A DNA stretch of 52,228 bases from Sphingomonadales bacterium. Lineage in GTDB: Bacteria; Pseudomonadota; Alphaproteobacteria; Sphingomonadales; JAKSBY01. Of this stretch, positions 17,286 through 26,718 are shown one piece after another; the stretch's first letter is position 1, and each line of letters starts with the position of its first letter. Made by a program: the position numbers and the translations under genes. Location of the stretch: NCBI GenBank assembly GCA_022360855.1, contig JAKSBY010000477.1, positions 1-52,228 on the forward strand, written 5' to 3'. Below the pieces are notes generated by a model, which saw nothing but the letters and a program-made list of their open reading frames with translations, ran no database searches and was not told the origin of the DNA.

Positions 17286-20175
17286 GCAGCCGTGCGCCCT
17301 CCGGATCAAAGAAATGAGGGCTGGTGACGATCACCCGCGTCTCCCGGCCCCGCACCGGATCCGCCGCCACGAGTTCGCGCTCCATCCAGTTCTGTGCATT
17401 CGAGACAAAGCCAAGCGCGATATAGGTTTCAAGATGGGGAGAATAGGCCGCCGAGGACACATGGCCGAGATCATTGTCCGCCGTGCACGCGCCATCTGGC
17501 CTGAGCAGATGCGCGCCCGCGCTGATCGGTTGTTGCGCGTCAACGGATGTCAGGCCCACAAGGCGTGGCCGCTCGGCGCCGGTCAAGGCAGCGCGCTGCG
17601 CCATGCGGCGACCGATATAATCCTTCTTCATAGACATCATCCGGCCAAGGCCAAGATCATGGGCGGTAGTCTGCCCGTTGAGTTCAGGGCCGGCGGCATG
17701 GCCCTTTTCAATGCGCAGGACGCCAAGCGCTTCGGTGCCGTAAGGACAGATGTCATAGGCCCGGCCCGCGCGCATGAGCGCCTCAGCCAGGCTTTGGCCA
17801 TAGGCCGCCGGAACCGCCAGTTCATAGGCAAGTTCGCCGGAGAACGAGAGGCGGTAAACCCACCCGGCAATGCCACTAATCTCAGCGGCACGAACGCCAA
17901 GATATGGCAGCGCCTCGTTCGAGACATCTTGAGACACAAGACCCGCCAGAACTTCACGCGCACTGGGACCCGCCAGAGCAAACTGCGCCCACTGGTCGGT
18001 CGCGCTGGCAAAAGCAACGTCAAGCTGGGGAAACAGACATTGATGCACAAACTTCATATGCTGAAACACGCGCCCAGCCTGCGCTGTTGTTGTCGTCATC
18101 ATAAAGTGGGTTTCGCCCAGACGGCTGGTAGTCCCATCATCGAGGACAAAGCCATCCTCGCGCAGCATCAGGCCATAGCGCGCTTTTCCAATCGGCAGCT
18201 TGCGCCAATTATTGATGTAGAGCCAGTCCAGAAAGGTGGCGCTGTCCGAGCCGAAAATCTCAATTTTTCCAAGGGTGGAGACGTCACAGAAACCAACGCT
18301 AGACCGCACAGTTTTGACCTCGCGGTCAACGCTTTCGCGCCAATGCCTCTCCCCCGCCTTGGGGAAAAACTGAGCCCGTTTCCAGTAGCCAGCATCGGTA
18401 AATACCGCGCCTTGCGCTTCAGCCCAGCGATGACTGGGTGTATGGCGGACCGGCCGGAAGGCCAGCCCTGTGCGCCCGCCTGCCAGCGCGCCGACTGAGA
18501 CAGGGCCACAAGGCGGGCGCGCCCGGGTCGCACCGATATCGCGTAGCGCCTTTTGCTGCGCATCGGCCAGAACGGCAAGACCGTTCAAGCTGCCAGCCTG
18601 CCCCTGATCGGTTGCCATGCCCAATGTCGTATAACGCTTAGCATGTTCGCTGGCGGCAAAACCTTCGCGCTCGGCCTGGCGCATGTCTCTCACCGTTACG
18701 TCATGCTGAAAATCGACAAAGGCCTTGCCCTTGGCATCGTCCACAAACCACATGGGCACTTGGCCGCTATAGTCTTGCAAAGGCAAGTCCGGCACGGCCT
18801 CGCCACAGCCCTCAAAGCCAAGTTTCTGAAGTGCGCGCCTGCTATGTTCGGCCGCGTCCTTTAAGACTTCAGCCGTCGCTAAATGACCGGATATGCTACC
18901 GCATACGTCGACAGAGCTGTGTAACCTGCCGGGACCGAAGGATTTTAAACTGTTACCCCATAAAGGGGCGTGCCCCAAATGTGTCGTCAGCGCAATATTC
19001 GGTGTCCAACCTCCCGAGACTCCAAGAGCACGACATGAAAAGCGGCGGGTCTTACAATCGCCGCCTGTAACGATGATGCTTTTCAGGCCAGTGCGCCCTG
19101 TCGTAGCGGTTACAACGCTGCCCAGACAATGCTCGCCATCCACCGCTGAAAGACAAGCCGGATCGACACTGCTGCGTGGATCGATAACGGCGGCAATCTC
19201 CAGACCTTTGCTCTGCAGCCGTGCCGCGACGTGCCACCCGAAATCCGTGGACGTAAACAAGGCGATAGGACCATCGGGTACGGCGGCAAAACGCTGCGCA
19301 TAGGCATTTAGCGCGCCAGCGAGCATAACGCCCGGGCGGTCATTCCCCGAAAAAGCAATGGGCCGTTCAAGCGCACCAGCGGCAATCATCACGCGTCGCG
19401 GATAAATCTTCCAATAGCGCTGCAAACCGTCGGCCCGTGATTCCAGCGCGCCGCATGTCGGACCATCATAAAGTCCGAACACGCAGGTCAGAGGAAGCAC
19501 GGTCACATTGCTGGCAGTTTTGAGTTCGCCAACGACTTCATTAAGCCATGAGGTGGCTTCATCCCGGCTGAGCAGTTCACCGCCAAGCTCAAAGTCCTCT
19601 TCAGCCAGGATCACCTCCGCGCCCGCGCGGGCAGCCATCAACGCTGCGGTGAGCCCCGCCGGTCCTGCGCCGATGACAAGCAGGTCGCAGTGCGCATGCC
19701 GCCGCACATAGGCGCCGCGGTCCGGCTGCCCGTCCAGTTGGCCCAGGCCTGCTGCCTTGCGGATGAGGGGCTCATACAGTTTTTCCCAAGCCGCTTTTGG
19801 CCACATAAAGGTCTTGTAATAAAAGCCCGCGGAAAGAAGCGGCCCCAGCAGGCCGTTGCCGGCCAGCACATCATGCTTTAGCGACGGCCAGCGATTTTGG
19901 CTGACGGCACTTAGGCCATCGCGCAGCATAACCTGCGTCATCTTCAAATTTGGCCGGCCGTCAATGGTTGACAATCCATTTGGCTCGGCGCTGCCCGCTG
20001 TCACAAGACCGCGCGGACGGTGGTATTTGAACGATCTGCCAACGAGGCGCACATCATTCGCCAGCAATGCAGAGGCCAGAGTGTCGCCCCTGAACCCGGT
20101 GTAGCGGGTGCCGTCAAAGGTAAAAGTGATTGGCCGGCTACGGTCAATGCGCCCGCCTTCCGTTAGGCGGGTCAT
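17278..20175 (-). CDS. mgdC: N-methylglutamate dehydrogenase / sarcosine oxidase family, alpha subunit (SoxA-like)
   Basis: 965 aa. Dinucleotide-binding DLLVIGAGPAGLTAAL, then a C-terminal GcvT-like folate-binding aminomethyltransferase region. ATGA overlap with the delta subunit. Confidence 0.9.
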   Translation of the reverse strand: MTRLTEGGRIDRSRPITFTFDGTRYTGFRGDTLASALLANDVRLVGRSFKYHRPRGLVTAGSAEPNGLSTIDGRPNLKMTQVMLRDGLSAVSQNRWPSLKHDVLAGNGLLGPLLSAGFYYKTFMWPKAAWEKLYEPLIRKAAGLGQLDGQPDRGAYVRRHAHCDLLVIGAGPAGLTAALMAARAGAEVILAEEDFELGGELLSRDEATSWLNEVVGELKTASNVTVLPLTCVFGLYDGPTCGALESRADGLQRYWKIYPRRVMIAAGALERPIAFSGNDRPGVMLAGALNAYAQRFAAVPDGPIALFTSTDFGWHVAARLQSKGLEIAAVIDPRSSVDPACLSAVDGEHCLGSVVTATTGRTGLKSIIVTGGDCKTRRFSCRALGVSGGWTPNIALTTHLGHAPLWGNSLKSFGPGRLHSSVDVCGSISGHLATAEVLKDAAEHSRRALQKLGFEGCGEAVPDLPLQDYSGQVPMWFVDDAKGKAFVDFQHDVTVRDMRQAEREGFAASEHAKRYTTLGMATDQGQAGSLNGLAVLADAQQKALRDIGATRARPPCGPVSVGALAGGRTGLAFRPVRHTPSHRWAEAQGAVFTDAGYWKRAQFFPKAGERHWRESVDREVKTVRSSVGFCDVSTLGKIEIFGSDSATFLDWLYINNWRKLPIGKARYGLMLREDGFVLDDGTTSRLGETHFMMTTTTAQAGRVFQHMKFVHQCLFPQLDVAFASATDQWAQFALAGPSAREVLAGLVSQDVSNEALPYLGVRAAEISGIAGWVYRLSFSGELAYELAVPAAYGQSLAEALMRAGRAYDICPYGTEALGVLRIEKGHAAGPELNGQTTAHDLGLGRMMSMKKDYIGRRMAQRAALTGAERPRLVGLTSVDAQQPISAGAHLLRPDGACTADNDLGHVSSAAYSPHLETYIALGFVSNAQNWMERELVAADPVRGRETRVIVTSPHFFDPEGARLHV

Positions 20176-20426
20176 GGCCGGACCAGCTCCACGTTCAAGA
20201 TCTCATGGCTCGCCGTATCCCGCGCAACCTTCAGCCACGCGCCGCAGCCTGCGCCGTGATACCACAGCTCCTCATGCGTGCCCCGCGGATTGTGGCGCAG
20301 ATACACATAGTCCGTCCAAACGCGTTCAGGCGCATCATGTTCCGGGCGGTTCAGCAATGCTGCATCGCCTAGATAGCTGAATTCATGGGACGACCGAGTT
20401 TTGCAATATGGGCAGGTGATCAGCAT
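20172..20426 (-). CDS. mgdB: N-methylglutamate dehydrogenase / sarcosine oxidase family, delta subunit (SoxD-like)
   Basis: 84 aa, MLITCPYCKTRSSHEFSYLGDA..WYHGAGCGAWL. This is the Cys/His zinc-ribbon pattern typical of SoxD. Confidence 0.9.
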   Translation of the reverse strand: MLITCPYCKTRSSHEFSYLGDAALLNRPEHDAPERVWTDYVYLRHNPRGTHEELWYHGAGCGAWLKVARDTASHEILNVELVRP

Positions 20427-20428
20427 GG

Positions 20429-21679
20429 CTAGTGTAGATTGGGCTGTGCGCCCATGCCTTTTTCATCCAAGAGCGCACCTTCGCCGAACCGATCCAGCCG
20501 GTAGGCCGCGGCTTCTTCCAGGGAAACTTCGCGGGCCAGCAAGTGCGCGAAAGCCAACCCGCTTGCCGGCGTCGCCTTGAACCCGCCATAGCACCAGCCG
20601 GCATTGAGATAGAGGCCATCGACCGGCGTCTTGTCGATAATGGGGCTGCCATCCATGCTCATGTCCACAATGCCGCCCCAATGGCGCAAGATACGCGCAG
20701 CGCCCAGCGCCGGCATCATGGATATCGCACCTTCGCAAACATCCTCAACCGTCGCCAGATTGCCGCGCTGGGCATAGCTGTTATAGCCGTCGAGATCGCC
20801 GCCGAAGACGAGCCCGCCCTTGTCTGACTGGCTGATGTAGAAATGGCCAGCGCCATAAGTGACGACCGTATTGATCACCGGCTTCAGCGCTTCGCTGACA
20901 AAGGCCTGCAGGACATGGCTCTCGACGGGCAACTTTAGCCCTGCCATCTGCGCAAGCAGACCGCTGGAGCCCGCAACCGCGACACCGATCCTGCCTGCAT
21001 TGATCGGGCCGCGCGTAGTCTCCACACCAAACACCTTGCCGTTGGAAATGTTGAAGCCGGTTACCTCGCAGTTTTGAACGATCGATACGCCGCGCGCGCC
21101 GGCGGCGCGGGCATAGCCCCACGCGACAGCGTCATGGCGCACCGTGCCGCCGCGCGGCTGAAACAGGCCGCCCAGTATCGGAAACCGGGCATCCTCCACA
21201 TTCAGATGTGGCACCAGTCTCAAAACCTCGCCGACATCGAGAAGCTGCGCATCCACGCCATGCAAACGCATTGCATTTCCGCGCCGAGCGAAGGCGTCGC
21301 GCTGGCCATCGCTATGGTAGAGATTGAGGACGCCACGCTGGCTGATCATGGCGTTGTAGTTGATGTCCTGTTCCAGATCTTCCCACAGCTGCATGGACAG
21401 CTCGTAAAAGGGAATGTTGCCGGGAAGCAGATAATTGGAGCGGATGATCGTCGTATTACGGCCCACATTGCCGCCGCCGATCCAGCCTTTTTCCAAAACG
21501 GCGACATTGGTAATTCCAAATTCCTTGGCCAAATAATAGGCCGTGGCGAGCCCATGCCCGCCGCCGCCGATGATCAGGATATCGTAGCCATCCTTGGGGT
21601 TATCGTCACGCCACAGCGGCTGCCAATTCTTATGACCGCTCAGCGCGTTTTTGAGCAGGGAGAGGGCCGAATAACGCAT
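20429..21679 (-). CDS. mgdA: N-methylglutamate dehydrogenase / sarcosine oxidase family, beta subunit (SoxB-like FAD oxidoreductase)
   Basis: 416 aa with the FAD loop DILIIGGGGHGLATAYYLA. DAO-family sequence throughout. Confidence 0.9.
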   Translation of the reverse strand: MRYSALSLLKNALSGHKNWQPLWRDDNPKDGYDILIIGGGGHGLATAYYLAKEFGITNVAVLEKGWIGGGNVGRNTTIIRSNYLLPGNIPFYELSMQLWEDLEQDINYNAMISQRGVLNLYHSDGQRDAFARRGNAMRLHGVDAQLLDVGEVLRLVPHLNVEDARFPILGGLFQPRGGTVRHDAVAWGYARAAGARGVSIVQNCEVTGFNISNGKVFGVETTRGPINAGRIGVAVAGSSGLLAQMAGLKLPVESHVLQAFVSEALKPVINTVVTYGAGHFYISQSDKGGLVFGGDLDGYNSYAQRGNLATVEDVCEGAISMMPALGAARILRHWGGIVDMSMDGSPIIDKTPVDGLYLNAGWCYGGFKATPASGLAFAHLLAREVSLEEAAAYRLDRFGEGALLDEKGMGAQPNLH

Positions 21680-21715
21680 GGCTCAGGCGAACATATGTTC
21701 CGTGCGAGCTCTTAA

Positions 21716-23023
21716 CTAGCAGTCCAACGTGGTATCGCGTTCCCATTGCGTCAGATGCCGGCTATAGTCCTGCCATTCAGCGATGCGCAGCTTGACATAA
21801 GCGGATACAAAGTCCGTCCCGAGGCCACTGCGCAGGGCGTGCGAGCCTTCCAACTCTCGCAGGGCATCGATCAGGTTGAGGGGCAATTTACGGTCTGCAT
21901 AGGCTGGATCGTTGCCAGCTTCGTACATGTCGATGTCCAGGCGCTGGCCTGGATCTGCTTTGCGCTCCATGCCATCAAGCCCCGCTGCGAGCACACCTGC
22001 CGCAAGGAGATAAGGATTGGTGGACCCGTCAGCCAGCCGCAATTCAATCCGATCATCGTCGGGGATGCGGATCATATGCGTTCTGTTGTTGCCGGTATAG
22101 GAGATGGTGTTGGGCGACCAGGTAGCGCCCGAAAGTGTTGTGGGTGCATTGATACGCTTATAGCTGTTCACCGTCGGGTTTGTCAGAGCGGTCAGGGCTT
22201 TTGCGTTGTCAAGCAACCCGGCGATGAAGTGATACGCTGTTTGCGACAGCCCTAACTCTCCAGTGTTGTCGTGAAAGGCATTATTGCCATCCTCATCCCA
22301 CAGCGATGCATGCATATGGCAGCCGTTGCCTGTCAGCTCCGCAAAAAGCTTGGGCATGAAGGTAGCGCGCATTCCGTGTTTTTCAGCAATGGCTTTGACC
22401 ATGAACTTGAAAAAGGCATGACGGTCCGCCGTGATGAGCGCATCGGCATAGCCCCAGTTCATCTCGAACTGGCCGTTCGCGTCCTCATGATCGTTCTGGT
22501 AGGGCTCCCAACCCAAGGTCAGCATAGCGTCGCAAATCTCTGCGATCACGTCGTAGCGCCGCAGCAGAGCCTGCTGGTCATAGCAGGGCTTTGATTGCCC
22601 GTCGTGCGGGTCGGACAGGGCGTCGCCCTCCGGCGAGAGCAGCATAAATTCGCATTCCACACCGGTTTTCAGGACATATCCCGCCTCTGCCGCGCGGGCC
22701 ATCTGGGCTTTGAGGACGTTGCGCGGGGCATGGGCGAGTGGCGCACCATTGATCACCGGATCAGCCGGCAGCCAGCCAACCTCAGGCTTCCATGGCAATT
22801 GAATAAGCTGTTGTGTATCCGGGACGGCAAACATATCCGCGTCCGCCGGTCCCAGATCGAGCCACGCGGCAAATCCGGCAAACCCAGCCCCGCTTTCGGC
22901 CATAGCGTCGATCGCTTGGGCTGGCACCAGCTTGGAGCGCTGAACGCCGAACAGGTCGGTGAAAGAGACCAGGAAGTACTGAATGCCTGTGTCTTTCGCG
23001 ATTGCTGAGAGGGGTTGAGACAT
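21716..23023 (-). CDS. gmaS: Gamma-glutamylmethylamide synthetase (type III glutamine-synthetase-like; the glnT-type GS of rhizobia)
   Basis: 435 aa. GS catalytic-domain motifs are present (GVECEFMLL, NGCHMHASLW, NRTHMIRIP). It is placed between mgsABC and mgdABCD, as in known N-methylglutamate pathway clusters. Confidence 0.8.
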   Translation of the reverse strand: MSQPLSAIAKDTGIQYFLVSFTDLFGVQRSKLVPAQAIDAMAESGAGFAGFAAWLDLGPADADMFAVPDTQQLIQLPWKPEVGWLPADPVINGAPLAHAPRNVLKAQMARAAEAGYVLKTGVECEFMLLSPEGDALSDPHDGQSKPCYDQQALLRRYDVIAEICDAMLTLGWEPYQNDHEDANGQFEMNWGYADALITADRHAFFKFMVKAIAEKHGMRATFMPKLFAELTGNGCHMHASLWDEDGNNAFHDNTGELGLSQTAYHFIAGLLDNAKALTALTNPTVNSYKRINAPTTLSGATWSPNTISYTGNNRTHMIRIPDDDRIELRLADGSTNPYLLAAGVLAAGLDGMERKADPGQRLDIDMYEAGNDPAYADRKLPLNLIDALRELEGSHALRSGLGTDFVSAYVKLRIAEWQDYSRHLTQWERDTTLDC

Positions 23024-23053
23024 GGGTATCCGCTCCTGTTTTCCTGTGCGGCT

Positions 23054-24385
23054 TTAAAGTGCGTTTGTCTGTGTCTGACCTGGGATCCAGTTGGTCCCGG
23101 CAAGCGGCACACGCGCCATCGCCGCCGCTTCGATCGTCAAGGCAACCAGATCTTCCGGTTCAAGGTTGCGCAGATGGCTTTTTCCGCAGGCCCGCGCGAT
23201 CGTCTGTGCCTCCAGGGTCAGAACGCTGAGGAAATTCTTCAGCCGGCGGCCTGCGGCAACCGGATCGAGCCGTCTTGCAAGATCGGGGTCCTGTGTGGAG
23301 ATCCCCGCTGGATCGCGGCCTTCGTGCCAATCGTCATAAGCCCCCGCCGTCGTGCCCAGTGCTTCATAATCGGCTTGCCAGCGCGGATGATTGTCCCCAA
23401 GGGCGACAAGCGCCGCAGTGCCGATGGAGACCGCGTCAGCGCCCAGCGCCAAGGCTTTGGCCACATCTGCGCCATTGCGTATGCCGCCGGAGACGATCAA
23501 TTGAACTTTCCGGTGAAGGCCAAGCTCCCGCAGGGCATCGACCGCAGGGCGGATCGCGGCCAGTGTGGGAATGCCCACATGTTCGATAAAGACTTCCTGC
23601 GTCGCCGCCGTGCCTCCCTGCATGCCATCAAGCACGACCACATCCGCACCAGCCTTGCAGGCCAAGGCGACATCATAATAAGGGCGTGTCGCACCGATCT
23701 TCACGAATACCGGCTTTTGCCAGTTGGTGATCTCGCGCAGTTCTTCGATCTTGATTTCAAGATCGTCAGGACCGGTCCAATCCGGGTGGCGGCAGGCCGA
23801 GCGCTGATCGACGCCTTTGGGCAAAGTGCGCATCCGAGCGACCCGATCGGAGATTTTCTGGCCCAGCAACATGCCGCCGCCGCCCGGCTTGGCGCCCTGC
23901 CCCACCACGACTTCAATCGCGTCAGCCTTGCGCAGATCATCCGGGTTCATGCCATAGCGCGATGGCAGATATTGATAGACCAAGTACTTTGATTGGCAGC
24001 GTTCCTCCGGCGTCATTCCGCCATCGCCAGTGGTTGTGGAGGTCCCGGCCGCCGATGCCCCCCGGCCAAGGGCTTCCTTCGCCTGCGCAGACAACGAGCC
24101 AAAGCTCATCCCCGCTATGGTGATGGGAATGTCCAGTTCCAGCGGCTTTTCGGCAAAGCGGGTGCCCAAAGTCACGCGCGTGTCGCACGCTTCGCGGTAT
24201 CCCTCCAGCGGATAGCGTGAGACAGACGCACCGAGAAACAAGAGGTCGTCAAAATGCGGCACTTTGCGTTTCGCGCCAGCACCACGAATGTCATAGATAC
24301 CAGTGTCGGCGGCACGGTGGATTTCAGCCAGCGTGTAATCGTCAAACGTCGCGGAAAAACGCGGCGGTGTCGTCGGGCGCGCCAT
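23054..24385 (-). CDS. mgsC: N-methylglutamate synthase subunit C (FMN-binding glutamate-synthase central-domain protein)
   Basis: 443 aa from ATG 24385, with an ATGA overlap onto the mgsB stop. The ORF track starts one codon earlier at TTG 24388. Motifs GQGAKPGGGG and VLDGMQGGTAAT are GltB FMN-domain signatures. Confidence 0.85.
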   Translation of the reverse strand: MARPTTPPRFSATFDDYTLAEIHRAADTGIYDIRGAGAKRKVPHFDDLLFLGASVSRYPLEGYREACDTRVTLGTRFAEKPLELDIPITIAGMSFGSLSAQAKEALGRGASAAGTSTTTGDGGMTPEERCQSKYLVYQYLPSRYGMNPDDLRKADAIEVVVGQGAKPGGGGMLLGQKISDRVARMRTLPKGVDQRSACRHPDWTGPDDLEIKIEELREITNWQKPVFVKIGATRPYYDVALACKAGADVVVLDGMQGGTAATQEVFIEHVGIPTLAAIRPAVDALRELGLHRKVQLIVSGGIRNGADVAKALALGADAVSIGTAALVALGDNHPRWQADYEALGTTAGAYDDWHEGRDPAGISTQDPDLARRLDPVAAGRRLKNFLSVLTLEAQTIARACGKSHLRNLEPEDLVALTIEAAAMARVPLAGTNWIPGQTQTNAL

Positions 24386-25059
24386 CAATAGGCTCCCGCG
24401 TTATCGAAGCTGAAATTATAGAGCTGCCGTGCGGAGCCATAGAAGCGGAAGGCGTCTGCCGTTTCATCGACGTTCGCTTCACGCAGCAGCTGCTCAAGCG
24501 TTTCCGATGTGCTCTGCGTCATCGGTTTTTCCTCACAGTCGGCGCCAAGGCTCCTGACTGTGCCGCGCACGAAAATGTTCACCTCATAAAGGCTGTCGCC
24601 AAGCGCTTCTCCCGCATCGCCAAGCACGATCAAATTGCCGGCCTGCCCCATAAACGCCGCCATCGACCCCACGGAGCCTTTTACCAGAATATCCGCGCCC
24701 TTCATGGAAATGCCGCAGCGCGCCGAGGCGTTGCCGTCAATGATCAGGAGGCCACCATGGGCCGTCGCGCCTGCCGACTGGCTTGCATCGCCCTTCACAT
24801 GCACCCGGCCAGACATCATGTTCTCCGCCACGCCGACACCTGCTGATCCTTCGATGGTCACATGCGCCTGCTGGTTCATGCCCGCGCAATAATAACCCAC
24901 CGGACCGGCAATGATCACATTGAGCGGCTGCGTCAAACCAGCAGCGAGCGCGTGCTGGCCGGCTGGATTCAGAACCATGATCTGATTGTCGCTCCCATGC
25001 CAGGTTTGCAGCGTTTGATTGAGCGTGCGGCGACTGATGTCTTTGAGATCGATATCCAT
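24385..25059 (-). CDS. mgsB: N-methylglutamate synthase subunit B (GXGXG glutamate-synthase C-terminal-domain protein)
   Basis: 224 aa from ATG 25059 (MDIDLKDIS..), with an ATGA overlap onto the mgsA stop. It carries repeated GxGxG beta-helix turns (GSAGVGVAENM, GDASQSAGATAHGG, GNASARCGISMKG, GSVGSMAAFMGQAG). Confidence 0.85.
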   Translation of the reverse strand: MDIDLKDISRRTLNQTLQTWHGSDNQIMVLNPAGQHALAAGLTQPLNVIIAGPVGYYCAGMNQQAHVTIEGSAGVGVAENMMSGRVHVKGDASQSAGATAHGGLLIIDGNASARCGISMKGADILVKGSVGSMAAFMGQAGNLIVLGDAGEALGDSLYEVNIFVRGTVRSLGADCEEKPMTQSTSETLEQLLREANVDETADAFRFYGSARQLYNFSFDNAGAY

Positions 25060-25928
25060 CAGGCCGCGCGCTCCCAGAAATAGACCGTTGCGGGCTCGGG
25101 TTCCCATACGTGCGCGTTTTCCACATCCGGCAACATGGCGAGCGCCCGGTACTCAGAGCCAAACGCGATCAAATCGTCGGTTTCGCACATCACGGCGGGC
25201 TTGCAGGCAATAGGGTCACGAAGCACGCCAAGACCGCGTTCCGTCCCCACGACGAAAGTGAAAAAGCCGTCCAGATCGTCCAGCGCGTGCTCCAACGCCT
25301 CCTTCAGCCCATCGCCTTCGTTCATACGCCAGTTGAGATAGCCAGCGGCAACTTCAGAATCATTTTGAGTTTCAAATTGAATGCCCTGTTTCGACAACAC
25401 CCGACGCAACGACGCATGATTTGACAGTGAGCCATTGTGGACAAGGCACAAATCCGGACCGGTGTTGAACGGATGCGCGCCGTCGGTCGTGACCGCTGAT
25501 TCCGTCGCCATGCGCGTATGGCCGAGTCCGTGTGTGGCAGCCATATCGGCCAGACCGAACTGACTGCACACCGCGCGGGGCAGCCCCACACCTTTGTAAA
25601 GCTCCATGCGCGAGCCCACACCAACGATGGTCAGACCGGCCGCGCGCAAATCTCGAGCGGTCTGCATCGCCGCGTCTTCCGGCACCTTGACCACGGCGTG
25701 GTTCGACCTGACAACCGGCTCAAAGCTGCTCAGCCAATCGGGCAGCTCCTCGCCCTCGTTGAGGCGGAGTGTCAGCCGCACTTGACCAGGCGCTTGATTA
25801 CCGTAAACGGCAAATCCCGCGCTATCGGGGCCGCGGTCCGTCATTGTTTCAAGCATCTCAGACAGATAATGGCCCAGCTGCTCTTCATAGCGGGGCGTCT
25901 TCGCAAACAGGCCGACAATTCCACACAT
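25059..25928 (-). CDS. mgsA: N-methylglutamate synthase subunit A (class II glutamine amidotransferase-like)
   Basis: 289 aa with the N-terminal nucleophile MCGIVGLFAK.. (Ntn Cys after Met) and GltB/PurF-type amidotransferase sequence. Confidence 0.85.
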   Translation of the reverse strand: MCGIVGLFAKTPRYEEQLGHYLSEMLETMTDRGPDSAGFAVYGNQAPGQVRLTLRLNEGEELPDWLSSFEPVVRSNHAVVKVPEDAAMQTARDLRAAGLTIVGVGSRMELYKGVGLPRAVCSQFGLADMAATHGLGHTRMATESAVTTDGAHPFNTGPDLCLVHNGSLSNHASLRRVLSKQGIQFETQNDSEVAAGYLNWRMNEGDGLKEALEHALDDLDGFFTFVVGTERGLGVLRDPIACKPAVMCETDDLIAFGSEYRALAMLPDVENAHVWEPEPATVYFWERAA

Positions 25929-25965
25929 TTTGCACCGCCCCTCTGCCGCCTATCGGGTAAAGCAA

Positions 25966-25987
25966 ACCAAAACATTCGAACTTTTTG
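25966..25987. promoter_or_regulatory. 22-bp near-palindrome CCAAAACATTC|GAACTTTTTGG (motif 1, site a) in the mgsA / XRE-cupin divergent spacer
   Basis: 9 of 11 positions per arm are self-complementary around the TTCGAA centre. The centre lies about 49 nt upstream of the mgsA ATG (25928). The 16-mer 25972-25987 is identical to 41689-41704. Confidence 0.45.
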
Positions 25988-26097
25988 GCAACGATCTCAA
26001 CACGCCAGATTCACCGATAATCGTCAAGAGAAAATTTTTCTTCTTAAGAAATATCGGGAGAAAGCTTGCACTGAGCTGGATTTCGCGTCACGAAACA

Positions 26098-26718
26098 ATG
26101 ATGAGCGGAAAATCAGACGTCGCCGCGGACGCGAAACGCGGATCATCAGATCACAGCCTGGAAAGCGCGATCGGCATTACCGTGCGCCAGCTTCGTCAGC
26201 AACTCAATCTAACGGTTGGCAAGCTAGCGAGCCAAGCGGGCGTGTCCGTGGCCATGCTGTCAAAGGTGGAAAATGGCCAGATCAGCCCGTCTCTGTCCAC
26301 TCTCGACAAACTGGCCGAAGGGCTCAACGTCCCCATCAGCCGTCTGTTCAGCGAACTTGACGAACGGCGCGACCGATCTTTCGTCGCGGCTGGAGAAGGA
26401 GTTGTCATCGACCGGCGCGGCACCAAGATGGGGCACGAATACCGGCTTTTGGGCGCGACCCTGGCTGGAGAGATCGCCGTTGAGCCCTATCTGATCACCC
26501 TTGATGAGGATGCAACGCCAGACACGACCTTCCGGCATGACGGCGTGGAGTTTTTGTTCATGCTGTCGGGCCAGATTGACTACCGGCACGGTGATGCCGT
26601 CTACACTCTTGCGCCGGGCGATGCGTTTTTGTTCGATTCCGCCGCATCGCATGGGCCTGAACGCATGGATGAGCTGCCGGCCACCTATTTATCGATTATT
26701 GTTCATTCCCGCCGCTGA
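26098..26718 (+). CDS. XRE-family HTH regulator with cupin domain (probable regulator of the methylamine operon)
   Basis: I chose ATG 26098 (MMSGKSDVAAD..); the ORF-track frame opens at 25930. 206 aa. HTH_3 region IGITVRQLRQQLNLTVGKLASQAGVSVAMLSKVENGQISPSLSTLDKLAEGL. Cupin region HDGVEFLFMLSGQIDYRHGD..AFLFDSAASHGP. Confidence 0.8.
   Translation: MMSGKSDVAADAKRGSSDHSLESAIGITVRQLRQQLNLTVGKLASQAGVSVAMLSKVENGQISPSLSTLDKLAEGLNVPISRLFSELDERRDRSFVAAGEGVVIDRRGTKMGHEYRLLGATLAGEIAVEPYLITLDEDATPDTTFRHDGVEFLFMLSGQIDYRHGDAVYTLAPGDAFLFDSAASHGPERMDELPATYLSIIVHSRR

Noticed and set aside
16767-21679. Calling the four oxidase-like genes a bona fide sarcosine oxidase operon (soxBDAG).
   Set aside because: They are immediately downstream of, and translationally linked to, gmaS and mgsABC. 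This is the signature of the N-methylglutamate pathway, so the NMG dehydrogenase (mgdABCD) assignment is preferred. The alternative is kept only as a low-confidence hypothesis in the findings.
25981-26000. TGGCAACGATCTCAAC next to motif-1 site a, as a possible sigma-54 (-24/-12) promoter for the regulator gene.
   Set aside because: The GG is present, but there is no TTGC/GC element at the required spacing, and the orientation and distance to either start codon are not compelling.
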